Notes: generated by a model not told the origin, from the sequence alone. A DNA stretch of 64,000 bases from an uncultured Myxococcales bacterium (GCA_964513625.1 CAZENH010000001.1:241642-305641), one strand, 5' to 3'; shown: positions 46,196-56,530, counted from the stretch's first letter. A program made the numbers and translations.

Positions 46196-47590
46196 ATGAG
46201 GACGGCAGGAAAACGAGTGATGCTTGTCTCCCCGCCCGGCCGTTGCACGCCGCATGGCTCATTTCATGCCGTGCCTCCGGAGGGGCTGGCCAGGCTGTCT
46301 GCTTGGTTAAGAAGAGAGGGATTCTACGTCGCGACGCTCGATGTACTGATCGAGGGCTACGATCTACGGCAAGTCGAGGGAAAGACCGTCAGATACGGTA
46401 TCTCCGCAGATCAAGCTGCTTCCAGAATAGCCGAGTGGTCACCGGATTTGATTGGATTCAGTTGTCCTTTTACCTGCACTGAACCGGACCTCATCCAGAT
46501 TGCGGGAGCCTGCAAGTCGCTGCTGCCTGATGCGCCTATCGTTTTTGGAGGAGCTCACGCGGCCGCCGATGCTCTGGCCTTGCTCGAGAAGGAACCGGCG
46601 GTGGATCTCGTTGCCCTGAGCGAAGGAGAACTGGCGCTTGCTTCCCTGCTTTCAGCTATGCAAGCTGGCGGCAACCCGAACGAAGTGGACGGTTTCGCCT
46701 CGCGAAAAAGTGATGGGGGCATTCAGAAGCGACCGCTGAAGCAGTTTCTCGATCTCAACAGGCTTCCCGAGCCCGCCTGGGATCTTTTTCCCATCGACGC
46801 TTATGCCAGGGCAAACGCTCCACACGTTGGAGCGGGTTTGGGCAGACGCTATCTGCCGACCACCTGGAGCCGTGGTTGCGTCAATGCCTGCACATACTGC
46901 CTGACACCACGTCTTTGGGGTAGAGGCAACCATCGAAGGCGCCCGATAGAGAATGTACTCGATGAGGCCAGGCATTTAAGATCCGAATACGAAATCGAGG
47001 AACTGCATGTCGAGGACGACTGTCTCTTAGCGGACAAGGCCTGGTTTCATGCGATCCTGGAGGCATTATCGAGTGAAAATCTCGGCCTGCTCCTTGATTT
47101 TCCCAACGGCCTGGATGTAACAAATCTAGACAGATCAACAGCAGTCAAGTTGGCGCGGGCGGGCACGATCAGAGCCTGCCTCGTGTTCGACGCCGGCGAG
47201 CCCGAAGCTCCCTTGAAATGGGTCGGGAAGCAAGTGTCACAGGAGCAAGGCAGCGAGGCTGTGGCCATGCTGCACGATGGGGGCATCTCGTTGCTTGGTT
47301 TTTTCATGCTTGGCTTTCCGGGACAGACCATCGACGATATGCGCGCTACCGTCGACTATGCGCTCTCACTGGATCTCGATGCATTGTCCATTTTTATCGC
47401 CACTCCATTTCCCGGAACACCCCTGCATACCTATTGCGAGCGCAAGGGCCTGCTGGTGCCAGATCGTGATCTCAGGGACTATCGTTTCTCCACTGGTCAT
47501 ATTCGCACTGCTGAATTCGGCCCCGAGGACACAGAGCGGTTTCGACACGAGGGTTGGCTAGAGTTTATGAATCGGAAGAGAGCTCCTTAG
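46196..47590 (+). CDS. B12-binding (class B) radical SAM protein
   Basis: RVMLVSPPG...ATLDVL B12-domain-like N-terminus. SRGCVNACTYCLTP. Alternative start 46220. Confidence 0.8.
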   Translation: MRTAGKRVMLVSPPGRCTPHGSFHAVPPEGLARLSAWLRREGFYVATLDVLIEGYDLRQVEGKTVRYGISADQAASRIAEWSPDLIGFSCPFTCTEPDLIQIAGACKSLLPDAPIVFGGAHAAADALALLEKEPAVDLVALSEGELALASLLSAMQAGGNPNEVDGFASRKSDGGIQKRPLKQFLDLNRLPEPAWDLFPIDAYARANAPHVGAGLGRRYLPTTWSRGCVNACTYCLTPRLWGRGNHRRRPIENVLDEARHLRSEYEIEELHVEDDCLLADKAWFHAILEALSSENLGLLLDFPNGLDVTNLDRSTAVKLARAGTIRACLVFDAGEPEAPLKWVGKQVSQEQGSEAVAMLHDGGISLLGFFMLGFPGQTIDDMRATVDYALSLDLDALSIFIATPFPGTPLHTYCERKGLLVPDRDLRDYRFSTGHIRTAEFGPEDTERFRHEGWLEFMNRKRAP

Positions 47591-48468
47591 CGAGCGTCCC
47601 AACACGCCTGCAGTCCGATATCAACATCGTATTCAGGTGACCAACCCAGCGCCGCCAGCCTGGCGCAGTCTGCGCGCTCCTCACTCGGTTCATTGGGACG
47701 CATCAGATGTGGATCCTGAGTGATGTCGAGATGTTTGCCGGTAATTGCAGACAGCATCTTTGCAAGTTCGCCCGGCGATGCAGATCTGCCGCTGCCGACG
47801 TTTAGTGGACTGAAAGATCCAGAAGGCGGTGGATTCGACAGGCTTATAATAAAAGCGCTACAGACGTCATCGACGTGTATCCAGTCGCGCCGCCGATCCA
47901 GCTCTCCCAGGCGAAGGGGACCGCCTTCGCAGAAGCCCTCGATCAGGGTCGGCACGAAAAACTCATGTGAGCCTCCGGGGCCGTAAACATTGAACAAGCG
48001 CAGGCTGGTCGCTGCAATCGAAGTGTCGGCCACGGCAGTCTCGACGATTTTTTCCTGGATCAGTTTCAGCCTGCCCAGGAAAGTTGTCGGATCCAATAGA
48101 TGGTCTTCACCGATCGGCAACCTACTCGGCCTACCGTAGATTTTCCCACTAGAGGCCAGAATAACGTGCTTCACAGCGCAACTGTTTGCCAACAGCATGA
48201 CATTGGCCGTTCCAACGGCCGCGGTTTGCAGGGCTTTCAAGGGGTAGCGACTACGAAACCCGGGCGAGGCTGGAAAGGCAAGATGTACTAGCGCATCGGC
48301 CGGTGTCGAGCGGGCAAGCAGGGAGTCCAGGTCGTTAATGTCCGCCTTGATCCTGTCAAGTTCGAGCGGTTCGTGACCCGCTCTCGACAGCGCTGTCACA
48401 AGATGTCGGCCGATGAAGCCCTTCGATCCGCTGACCAGAACCCGCATCTTATGGCTACCTTTGCTCAA
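47587..48468 (-). CDS. NAD-dependent epimerase/dehydratase/reductase (extended SDR)
   Basis: MRVLVSGSKGFIGRHLV Rossmann motif, ~293 aa. Confidence 0.75.
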   Translation of the reverse strand: MSKGSHKMRVLVSGSKGFIGRHLVTALSRAGHEPLELDRIKADINDLDSLLARSTPADALVHLAFPASPGFRSRYPLKALQTAAVGTANVMLLANSCAVKHVILASSGKIYGRPSRLPIGEDHLLDPTTFLGRLKLIQEKIVETAVADTSIAATSLRLFNVYGPGGSHEFFVPTLIEGFCEGGPLRLGELDRRRDWIHVDDVCSAFIISLSNPPPSGSFSPLNVGSGRSASPGELAKMLSAITGKHLDITQDPHLMRPNEPSEERADCARLAALGWSPEYDVDIGLQACWDAR

Positions 48469-49441
48469 GGGTTACTATTGAGCGCCAGTATTCCAATACA
48501 TCCCGTAATGTCTGTTCGAAGGAGATCTCGGGTCTCCAGCCTGTCAAATCGCTGAAAGGTTCGGTATCAGCCTCAAGACGCATTGGTTCAGTGAGTCTGA
48601 CCAGCGCCGGGTCAGTCTCGATGCTAATCACCTCTTTCTTCGGCGACAAGGACAACATTTTTTCGAGGCATTCCCTTACAGTGAGGACTTGTCGGCTGCC
48701 AATCAGGAAAAGTTCGCCCGGGGGGCACTTCTCCAGGGCAAGCCAGTAGGCCCTAACCATGTCTCTGACGTCGGTCCAGTTCCGGCGGGCGTCAAGGTTG
48801 CCAACCGTTACCACGGGTGGCGCCAGGCCGGCCTCGATCCGGGCTATCTGGAAGGCAAATGAAGGCAACGCGAAAACGCGGTCGCGGCGCGGGCCTTCGT
48901 GGTTGAATGCCCTGATGCGCACAACATGCAGGCCGTAGCTCCTGAAGTGCTCGTAGCCGAGCAGATCCTGGGCGACCTTGCTTACCGCGTAGGGATTTAC
49001 CGGACGGAGCTGAGTCTCGGGGCGGATGGGCAGTTCGGCTTCCGGGACATCGCCGTATTCCTCGCCGGAGCCGGGCAGCAGAACCCGCGTATCGACCAGT
49101 TCACACCGTCGCAGCGACTCCAACAGGTTCAAAGTACCTGTTACATTGGTGCTGAAGCACGTTTGCGGGGCTCCCCAGGACGGAGACACGAAACTCTGGG
49201 CTCCCAGGTGGAAGATCCGATCGGGTTTAACGGCAGACACAACACCATCCACAGAGAATGGATCTCCCAACTCACACAAGTGCCAGTGGATACGCGTCTC
49301 AACGTCAGTGATGTGTTCCAAAAGCGTCATTCTGGACGCCCAACGCCTGGTGGCGTGAATTTCGATCTGCGGCTTCGCAAGCAACAAATCCAGCAGGTGA
49401 CTGCCCACGAATCCGGTCGCGCCGGTAACAAGTACTTTCAT
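48455..49441 (-). CDS. GDP-sugar 4,6-dehydratase-like extended SDR (Gmd/DmhA-like)
   Basis: MKVLVTGATGFVGSHLLDLL, NPYAVSK (YxxxK). I chose start 49441, the ATGA overlap with the upstream GT2. The track's 70-aa N-terminal extension is rejected. Confidence 0.7.
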   Translation of the reverse strand: MKVLVTGATGFVGSHLLDLLLAKPQIEIHATRRWASRMTLLEHITDVETRIHWHLCELGDPFSVDGVVSAVKPDRIFHLGAQSFVSPSWGAPQTCFSTNVTGTLNLLESLRRCELVDTRVLLPGSGEEYGDVPEAELPIRPETQLRPVNPYAVSKVAQDLLGYEHFRSYGLHVVRIRAFNHEGPRRDRVFALPSFAFQIARIEAGLAPPVVTVGNLDARRNWTDVRDMVRAYWLALEKCPPGELFLIGSRQVLTVRECLEKMLSLSPKKEVISIETDPALVRLTEPMRLEADTEPFSDLTGWRPEISFEQTLRDVLEYWRSIVTLEQR

Positions 49442-50181
49442 GACCGTCTTCCCATCAGCATCATGAGATCCATGAAAATTGCAGCCACCTCGGCCGGGTG
49501 CGGCAGGTGGCCGAACGGGCCAAGTCCGATTTCGAAACGGGTTGTTCCACCCGGGCGCGTGAGGTGGGTAACGGGAATTTCGACCAGTTTGGCTCGTTTC
49601 GAAATGGCCCGCATGAGAATCTCCGCGTTGATCACGCCCGTTCGACATTGTAACGGAGTGGTTCCGATAACATCACTATGCACCAACTTGAAGGCACAGT
49701 CGAGATCCCTTACTCCGCGAATACCCAAAAGCCGCGTCGCCAGGCTGGAGTAAAGATTTCCGGCCAGCCTGCGCGCCAGCGGATCGCTCCGCACACGCCT
49801 GTACCCGACGATTAGGTCGGCCCCATTGGTTTCGGCGGCCAGCCTGGATAGTTCAGCATGATCGAATTGTCCGTCGGCGTCGGTGAGCAGCAGCCAGGGA
49901 TATCGTGCCGCGGCGATGCCCAGGGCAAGCGCGCGTCCATATCCGGGATCGTCAACGGGTTGCCAGATTGTGCGCACCTTGCTGTGACCAGCTGCCATTT
50001 CTCTTGCCACCTCGGGCGTTCCATCTTCGGCCGCCAGGCTTGAAACCAGTAGTATCTCCCAGTCCTCGGAAGCGCAGCCTGTCAAGGCTTCTTCCAGGTC
50101 TTCCGTAACACTCGAAAGGTCGCGAGCTTCCTCGAAACACGGCAATACCGCGCTGACCTGGATGTCATCTCTCTTCGACAT
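49438..50181 (-). CDS. GT2 polyprenyl-phosphate sugar synthase-like (DPM1/ArnC-like), second copy
   Basis: VSAVLPCFEEARDL, LLTDADGQFD, DCAFKLV. Confidence 0.7.
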   Translation of the reverse strand: MSKRDDIQVSAVLPCFEEARDLSSVTEDLEEALTGCASEDWEILLVSSLAAEDGTPEVAREMAAGHSKVRTIWQPVDDPGYGRALALGIAAARYPWLLLTDADGQFDHAELSRLAAETNGADLIVGYRRVRSDPLARRLAGNLYSSLATRLLGIRGVRDLDCAFKLVHSDVIGTTPLQCRTGVINAEILMRAISKRAKLVEIPVTHLTRPGGTTRFEIGLGPFGHLPHPAEVAAIFMDLMMLMGRRS

Positions 50182-51712
50182 TGATCAGCGGCTTGGATCT
50201 TGGGCGATACAGGAAGATGACGTCCGGACGGTCTGCAAAGGGCGCGAAGTAGTGTTCGATGCCCTTCTCGCTCAGATCTGCATGGATATTGCCGCCTTCC
50301 TCGGCAATAAAGAGCCTGCCTTCACCGGCGCGCCAGCGCTCGTTGGACATCTCATACACCAGGTCAACCAGTCTGCCAGATGCCTTGGCCGACAGATCGT
50401 TGAAGTATAGGTTGAGAAGCCATGCGTAAAGGGCTTCCGTTTTTTCGATGAACACCTTCTCATGTTCCGGCACCTTCAAGACGGTGGTGGTCGAGTAATC
50501 GGGAGGAACCAGTGAATCATCCATTAGCCCCTGGGACACGCAGGTACGGTACAGTTGAGTTCCTGGAAAAGGATACATGATGGACGGGCGAACCGAGTCG
50601 AAACCCAGATCGGCACATAGTCGAACAGTGGCCAGGATCTCTTCGCGAGTCTCAGTCGGCATGCCCAACATTACATATGCACGTGTGTTGACTCCAAGCT
50701 TGCGCAGCAATGCAACTGCCTTTCGTAATCGGTTTTCTGACAGTTCCCGGGCCAGGATTTGTTTACGAACTCTTTCTGATCCGCTTTCCACGCCGAATTT
50801 TACCATGTAGCACCCAGCCTCCGAGAGCAGGCGAGCCATTTTCTCGTCCAGGTGTCCGGCAATGGCGTTGCAGACGAAAGGTAGTCCAATCTTTTCGGTA
50901 TAGGCTGAGGAAAACTCAGTCAGCCACTCGTGACTGGATGCAAATCGATCGTCCCCGAAGTTGAAGGCCTTGAGAACATCGGGATATCTCTCCTTGAATA
51001 CCTCGAGTTCACCAATCACGTCCTCTACCGAGCGTTGCCGACAGTAGGCCGATGCACTGAGCTTGCCCGGTGTAAGTCTGCGCAGCGTATCGAGGATTGC
51101 CGCGTTGTGGCAATAGTTGCACTTCATCGGGCAGCCGCGGCCCACGATGGTCTCGGCGAAGCCGCGGTTGGCCCGGATGATGGCGGAATAGTCGATGCCG
51201 TCGAAGAATGGCCATGATTGTCTTGTAATATCGGGCAAGAAGGCCATGGGGTTTCGATGAATTATACCGTTTTCCTTGACCCAGAAGTTCGGCACCGAAA
51301 GATGGTCGTGACCGCCTTGCAGCGAAGAGACGAATCGCGCGAGCAGTCCATCTACTTCTCCCAGTCCGACGAAATCAACGGACGGGTGTGAAAGAACCGC
51401 CTCCGCGTTCAACGTCGTGTGCACGCCGCCGCAGAGCACCTTGCAGGTCGAATCCAGCCTCTTGACCAGCGAGGCCATCTTCATGGCCGCGGGATAGTGG
51501 TTTTGCCCGAAGGAAAGAGCGTGCAGTTCGAATGATCCCTTCTCGAAGAAGGCGCGCAAGCGTTCTTCTTCAAATGGCATCCCAACGGTTTCGTTCAGGT
51601 GAAGTAAGGTGACGTCATGCCCCGCCTCGGCCAATTCGCGGGCCAGCAGGGACGCCCCAACGCTCATACCGGGGGGCGCTGACAGATTGAACCAGTGAAA
51701 GCAGATCTTCAT
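50165..51712 (-). CDS. B12-binding radical SAM protein, paralog 1 of 3 in tandem
   Basis: MKICFHWFNLS...LLARELAEAGHDVTLLHLNE. GRGCPMKCNYCHN. Confidence 0.8.
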   Translation of the reverse strand: MKICFHWFNLSAPPGMSVGASLLARELAEAGHDVTLLHLNETVGMPFEEERLRAFFEKGSFELHALSFGQNHYPAAMKMASLVKRLDSTCKVLCGGVHTTLNAEAVLSHPSVDFVGLGEVDGLLARFVSSLQGGHDHLSVPNFWVKENGIIHRNPMAFLPDITRQSWPFFDGIDYSAIIRANRGFAETIVGRGCPMKCNYCHNAAILDTLRRLTPGKLSASAYCRQRSVEDVIGELEVFKERYPDVLKAFNFGDDRFASSHEWLTEFSSAYTEKIGLPFVCNAIAGHLDEKMARLLSEAGCYMVKFGVESGSERVRKQILARELSENRLRKAVALLRKLGVNTRAYVMLGMPTETREEILATVRLCADLGFDSVRPSIMYPFPGTQLYRTCVSQGLMDDSLVPPDYSTTTVLKVPEHEKVFIEKTEALYAWLLNLYFNDLSAKASGRLVDLVYEMSNERWRAGEGRLFIAEEGGNIHADLSEKGIEHYFAPFADRPDVIFLYRPRSKPLINVEER

Positions 51713-53265
51713 GACTCACCCGGTTCCATGTCTGCATTCGGAAGACCGACCGGTTCGCCTGTGTACAAGAAGGTCACGTCGGGTCTCTCGGGAAAGGGAT
51801 TGAAGTAGTGCTCGATCTCTTGGGTACGCAGCTTTCTGGTCAGAGCGAGCGAAGACGAGCGGATCCAGTTGCGTGTCTCTTGGGTTGCCCACTCGCTTTC
51901 CGGCATGGCCAAAGCTCGGCCAAGCAGAGGCCCGTATTCCCGGCCGCAGTTCTCGCTCAAATAGACGTTCTGCATCCAGGGGTGTAAAAGGTGTACTTTG
52001 TCGATCAGCAGGGCCATCTCTGCATTCCAGCGCAGAACGGACAGGTCGTCGTAATTTTCATACTCACGACCGGTCAGCAGAGAATCCCGAACACAACGCT
52101 CGTAGATCGGAGTTCCCTCGACCGGATAGAAGATACACAGCCGGGTGGAAGTCGCCTTCAGCCTGGCGGCGAAGCGGAAAGTGGACAGGATCTCGTCGCG
52201 GGTCTCGGTTGGATTGCCCACCATAAGGTAGATACGTGTCGGCACGTTGTGGGCCTTGAGGCGCGCAATGGCATGCTCGATCGTCGCCTGGTCGAAAGAC
52301 TTGCCAAGAATCGTGGTACGGATACGCTCGCTGCCGGATTCCACTCCGATCTTGGTAATTGCCCCAGAGCGCGCCAGCGCCGCAGCCAGTTCATCGTCGA
52401 CGCCGTCGACCAGGAGGTTGCAAGTGTAGGGCAAGTCGAAGCGCTCGGCGTATCCGCGGCAAAAGTTCAGCATCCACTCGCGGTCGAAATTGACCGCGTC
52501 GTCCGCCAGCGAGAACATCTTTACTTGTTCCCCGAAGCGCTCAAGGATCATCTGCATCTCACCGAAGAGATTTTCCAGGCCCCGCTTGCGGCAATAGGGC
52601 ATGCTCTTGCCGCCCGCGGGCAACCTGCACCTGTATGTGTCCCGCAGGACCTGGTTGAAACAGAAGCTGCATCGATTGGGACAGCCTCGTCCGGTAATCA
52701 CCTCGAACATCCCCCGGTTGAGCGCAAGTGAAGGACCGTAATCGACGTGATCCAGGTCGATCCAGGTTTGCTCGCGGATGTCGGGCAAAGGCGCCATTGA
52801 ATTGCGCCAGATGCGACCGGCGCGCTTTCCCCAGAATCCGGGAAGACTCGATACGTCCAGGCCCTGCTCAAGTCTGGCGACGAAGTCCGCCAGCAGACCG
52901 TCGACCTCGCCGATGAAGAGATAGTCGACTCCATCCAGCTCAAGGACCTGCTCTGGAAACAACGTTGGATGTACCCCGCCACACAAAAAGGGGACTTCGG
53001 GCAGCGAGTTTCTCAACTTCGGCAAGAGCGCCTCGACATGGGGAAGGTGATTACGCCCGAAAGACAGGGCGACGAGCCCGGGATCGAATTGACGGATACT
53101 ATCGATAATCTCATTCGGCTCGAAGGACATGCCTACCTGCTCGTTCAGGTGCAGGACCGATACCTGGTGGCCCGCCTCGCTCAGCTCCCGTGCTAGAAGT
53201 GACACGCCTATGTTCATCTTGGGCGTGCAGTTCAGGTTGAACCATACAAGCTGGACGCGCATCAC
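51709..53265 (-). CDS. B12-binding radical SAM protein, paralog 2 of 3
   Basis: MMRVQLVWFNLN...LLARELSEAGHQVSVLHLNE. GRGCPNRCSFCFN. ATGA overlap with paralog 1. Confidence 0.8.
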   Translation of the reverse strand: MMRVQLVWFNLNCTPKMNIGVSLLARELSEAGHQVSVLHLNEQVGMSFEPNEIIDSIRQFDPGLVALSFGRNHLPHVEALLPKLRNSLPEVPFLCGGVHPTLFPEQVLELDGVDYLFIGEVDGLLADFVARLEQGLDVSSLPGFWGKRAGRIWRNSMAPLPDIREQTWIDLDHVDYGPSLALNRGMFEVITGRGCPNRCSFCFNQVLRDTYRCRLPAGGKSMPYCRKRGLENLFGEMQMILERFGEQVKMFSLADDAVNFDREWMLNFCRGYAERFDLPYTCNLLVDGVDDELAAALARSGAITKIGVESGSERIRTTILGKSFDQATIEHAIARLKAHNVPTRIYLMVGNPTETRDEILSTFRFAARLKATSTRLCIFYPVEGTPIYERCVRDSLLTGREYENYDDLSVLRWNAEMALLIDKVHLLHPWMQNVYLSENCGREYGPLLGRALAMPESEWATQETRNWIRSSSLALTRKLRTQEIEHYFNPFPERPDVTFLYTGEPVGLPNADMEPGES

Positions 53266-53275
53266 AGCCGACCCT

Positions 53276-54835
53276 TCATGATTCCACCCGTTGGTCGTCG
53301 ACGTTGATCAGGTGGCGGCGCCTATCGATTCTCAGAAAGGCCCAGTCCGGACGCTCCGGGAAGGGCGCAAAATAGTGGGGTTGACCCTCGCGTGTCAGGC
53401 TCTTTTGAAGAACGCGGACGCGGTTGAAGAGCGTTTCTTTATACAGCGGATCATGCGCGCTACCCGAGGCGGGCGAGAGGGCCCAGGCGAGCAGATCGCT
53501 GGTCCGAGATCCAACCGGCTCGTCCAGGTGCTGGTTCACCAGCCATGGATACACAAGAAGAGTCTTGTCGAGGAAGACGCGCATTTCATCGGGCCATTTC
53601 AGAACCGACTGCTCGAGAAAACCGTACACGGCCTCAGTCTGCACAACAAGGCCGCTCCGGGCAAGCTCTGTGTATATCTCGGTGCCAGGGAAGGGGCAGA
53701 ACATGGCAACACGCACTGCATCAGGTCTAAGATCGGCGCAAAAATGGAAGGTAGCCAGTACATCGTCTTGCGTTTCGGTGGGAATGCCCACCATCAGGTA
53801 GGCCATGGTGTTGATTCCGTGCATCTTCAGGTGCCCGAAAGCTCTGCGTATGGTCACCTCGTCGAAGGGACGCCCCAGAACCTGCTTGCGGATCCGCCCC
53901 GGTGCGCACTCCACGCCCAGCTTGATCATGTTGCAGCCAGCCTTGTCGAGTAAAGCGGCGCTCTCGGCGTCTATTCGATCCGCCGTAGCGTTGGCAATGA
54001 ACGGCAAACCGATCTCGGCCGGGTAACGCTCGGCAAACTCGGCCAGCCAAGCCTTGTCGAACGCCAGGCGATCGTCACCGAACATGATCGCCTTTAGAGA
54101 CGGCGCGCGGGAGCGCATTTCCTTCAACTCGGTCAGCAGGTTGTCGATCGATCGCAGGCGGACATAGGGCCATGATGCAGGGCTGCCGCCCAGGCTTTCC
54201 CTGTAGCGTTTTACAAGGGCATGATTTTGGCAAAAGCGGCAATGGAAAGGGCAGCCACGGCCGGCGATGATCTCTCCGAAGCCGCGCTTGGCTATAACGA
54301 ACCGCTCGAAATCAATCGCTTCAAAAAGGGGCAGCGCTTGGTTCTCGATGCAGGGCAGGGGAGCCAGGTGGTTGCGATGCTCTCCACGTTCGTCCTTGAC
54401 CCAGAAGCCTCCGACCGAGGCCGTGTCGTCGCCCCGCTCCATACGGCTTACGAACTCTACGAACTGGCCCCCGTCCAACTCGCCAATCCCCACAGCATCG
54501 ACTTCCTCCCAGCCAAATATTTCATCCGGGTTGAGCGTGGCATGGATGCCGCCACAAACAATGGCGGCCTCGGGCAGGGCGGATCGCGCCTCGCTGACCA
54601 GTCGGTGGGCCAGGGCTGCGTGTGAGCTGAGAAACGAAAACGCTACCAGCCCGGGAGAAAGATTTGCCAGTTCGCAGGCCAAACGGCCGGGATCCGCGGG
54701 AAAGCCAAGATCCTCGTTGAGATGAAGAACATCGACCTCGTGGCCGGCCGCCTGCAACTCGCGCGCCAGGATCAATACTCCATGGCTGATTCCCGCCTGG
54801 CCGGCGGTGTTGATCCAAACAAAAGCGATTTTCAT
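53276..54835 (-). CDS. B12-binding radical SAM protein, paralog 3 of 3
   Basis: MKIAFVWINTAG...ILARELQAAGHEVDVLHLNE. GRGCPFHCRFCQNH. Confidence 0.8.
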   Translation of the reverse strand: MKIAFVWINTAGQAGISHGVLILARELQAAGHEVDVLHLNEDLGFPADPGRLACELANLSPGLVAFSFLSSHAALAHRLVSEARSALPEAAIVCGGIHATLNPDEIFGWEEVDAVGIGELDGGQFVEFVSRMERGDDTASVGGFWVKDERGEHRNHLAPLPCIENQALPLFEAIDFERFVIAKRGFGEIIAGRGCPFHCRFCQNHALVKRYRESLGGSPASWPYVRLRSIDNLLTELKEMRSRAPSLKAIMFGDDRLAFDKAWLAEFAERYPAEIGLPFIANATADRIDAESAALLDKAGCNMIKLGVECAPGRIRKQVLGRPFDEVTIRRAFGHLKMHGINTMAYLMVGIPTETQDDVLATFHFCADLRPDAVRVAMFCPFPGTEIYTELARSGLVVQTEAVYGFLEQSVLKWPDEMRVFLDKTLLVYPWLVNQHLDEPVGSRTSDLLAWALSPASGSAHDPLYKETLFNRVRVLQKSLTREGQPHYFAPFPERPDWAFLRIDRRRHLINVDDQRVES

Positions 54836-54964
54836 CTGCCCCTGCTTCGATGTTGTGGACGCATGTAATGTACTTTGACATCCATACTCTAGTCATGGCA
54901 AGCACCTTGCAATTAAATCAATTTTGACCAAGATTACCAGACATCGGTTGTCTAACATGCGGCT

Positions 54965-56419
54965 GTGTTTTCTTTAGGTGCGATCATGGGCAAGGAACTC
55001 ATGGATATTCTGATCCTCAGTCCTCCGGATTTTCTCTATCGACGGCAGGATGAGCCGGTACCCATGTATGGCGAGGAACGTAACATTCCCTACGGCGCGA
55101 TGACCGTGGCCAGTTATCTTGTGCACCACGGTTTGCGAGCCATGGTGGCCCCCCTGCGGGAGTACTACCAGGAAACCGATTCGTACACCTATTTTGATGA
55201 CGACACAGAAGAATCCGCTCAGGCATTCAGGAAGAAGACCGAACAGGTACTGGGTTATCTGCTCAAACGGCTGCACCCCAGAACGGTTGGATTGGCTGTC
55301 AACTACGCCATTCATCACCAGGCCACGGAAACTCTGGTTGATTTGCTTCGCGAGTTGGCGCCGGAGCTGCCGGTGCTGATCGGGGGTAATCACGCCACTC
55401 ATACAGCCGAACACTGGCTTTCCAGAAAGAATCCAGTAGACTTCGTAATCCTGGGCGAAGGGGAGCACACCTGCCTCAAACTGCTGAAATCAGGCTTGAG
55501 TCCGGGGGAAATCCCGGGAGTGGGCCTGCGCCGGGTGAATGGGTCGATCGAGATCAGGGACCGCCCCCGTCCGCTTTCTGAAGAACAGATATCCATCCCG
55601 GTCAACCTGTCATTGTTGGCTCTGCCGCGCTGGGCTCCCCTGACCACCCAGCGTCACTGGATCAGCTTGAGCCGGGGATGCAACTGGCGCTGCAATTTCT
55701 GCACGACACCGTCCATGTGGGGACGGCAGCGCTATCGCAATTCGGAGGCGGTAGCCGCCGAGATCGAGTTGGTAACGCGTACGGGTGTGAACGACATGTT
55801 CTTTGCCGAGGACATGCTGAATCCGACATCGCCTCGATTCAGAAACCAAGCCGATGTGCTACGCCAGTTTTCAGAATGCCATTTTTCCACCATGACCCGT
55901 CTGGACTTGATGGACAGGGCCGAGCCGAAGCGCGTACGTGCGGCAAACATCGAACACGTTTTTCTGGGCATGGAGAGTTTTTCCAAGGAACTGACCGATG
56001 CGATGGGAAAGAGAGTTCGACTTAAAAAGGGAAGAGATGTTGCTCTGGTGCTTGAAAGATTGAGGTCCGCCGGCCTGCAGGTGACGTTGTTCATGCTCGT
56101 CGGCCATCCCGAGAGCAGCTATAGAGCAGACATGCATTCGGCGGAAAGCTGCTTGCAGCTCGCCAGACGCGGTCTGGTGAACAACATCCTGCCGTTCTTT
56201 TTCATTCCCATCCCGGGGACGGCGGCCGCTGCTATGATGCGCCGGGGAAGATTCAAATTGCTGGAGCCAAAAATGAACCACTGGACGACCTGGCAGCCGG
56301 TCATCGAAATCCTGGGACCGTCGGGTGCAGTAACCTACTCTGCCGCAGAAATGCAACGGGTCATGAAAAGCTACCATGATATCTGGCGCAGTTGCCGACT
56401 GGGAGTTTTTGCAAGGTAA
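54965..56419 (+). CDS. B12-binding radical SAM protein, paralogous to 59895..61385
   Basis: ILILSPPDF...ERNIPYGAMTV...MVAPLREYYQ. SRGCNWRCNFCTT. The real start is probably 54986 or 55001 (AAGGAA SD). Confidence 0.8.
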   Translation: MFSLGAIMGKELMDILILSPPDFLYRRQDEPVPMYGEERNIPYGAMTVASYLVHHGLRAMVAPLREYYQETDSYTYFDDDTEESAQAFRKKTEQVLGYLLKRLHPRTVGLAVNYAIHHQATETLVDLLRELAPELPVLIGGNHATHTAEHWLSRKNPVDFVILGEGEHTCLKLLKSGLSPGEIPGVGLRRVNGSIEIRDRPRPLSEEQISIPVNLSLLALPRWAPLTTQRHWISLSRGCNWRCNFCTTPSMWGRQRYRNSEAVAAEIELVTRTGVNDMFFAEDMLNPTSPRFRNQADVLRQFSECHFSTMTRLDLMDRAEPKRVRAANIEHVFLGMESFSKELTDAMGKRVRLKKGRDVALVLERLRSAGLQVTLFMLVGHPESSYRADMHSAESCLQLARRGLVNNILPFFFIPIPGTAAAAMMRRGRFKLLEPKMNHWTTWQPVIEILGPSGAVTYSAAEMQRVMKSYHDIWRSCRLGVFAR

Positions 56420-56471
56420 CGCCAAATACGCAACTGAACTGTTAATCACCTTGTAGGTGGCTATTCCTGGT

Positions 56472-56501
56472 TTGACAGTCGGCGCGTGTGCCCGATATTA
56501 T
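56472..56501 (+). promoter_or_regulatory. candidate promoter TTGACA-18-TATTAT upstream of the gmhA-like gene
   Basis: Read directly. A GGAGG SD at 56516-56520 precedes GTG 56531. Confidence 0.3.
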
Positions 56502-56530
56502 CCATAATCAAAACCCGGAGGATTTCTGAA

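Noticed and set aside
49442-49648. 70-aa His/Arg/Pro-rich N-terminal extension of the Gmd-like SDR
   Set aside because: It overlaps the GT2 gene. The Rossmann motif MKVLVTGATGF marks the true N-terminus, with an ATGA overlap.
56486-56530. Track start (GTG 56486) for the SIS isomerase
   Set aside because: It would translate through the promoter and SD region. GTG 56531, 9 nt after GGAGG, gives a GmhA-length protein.
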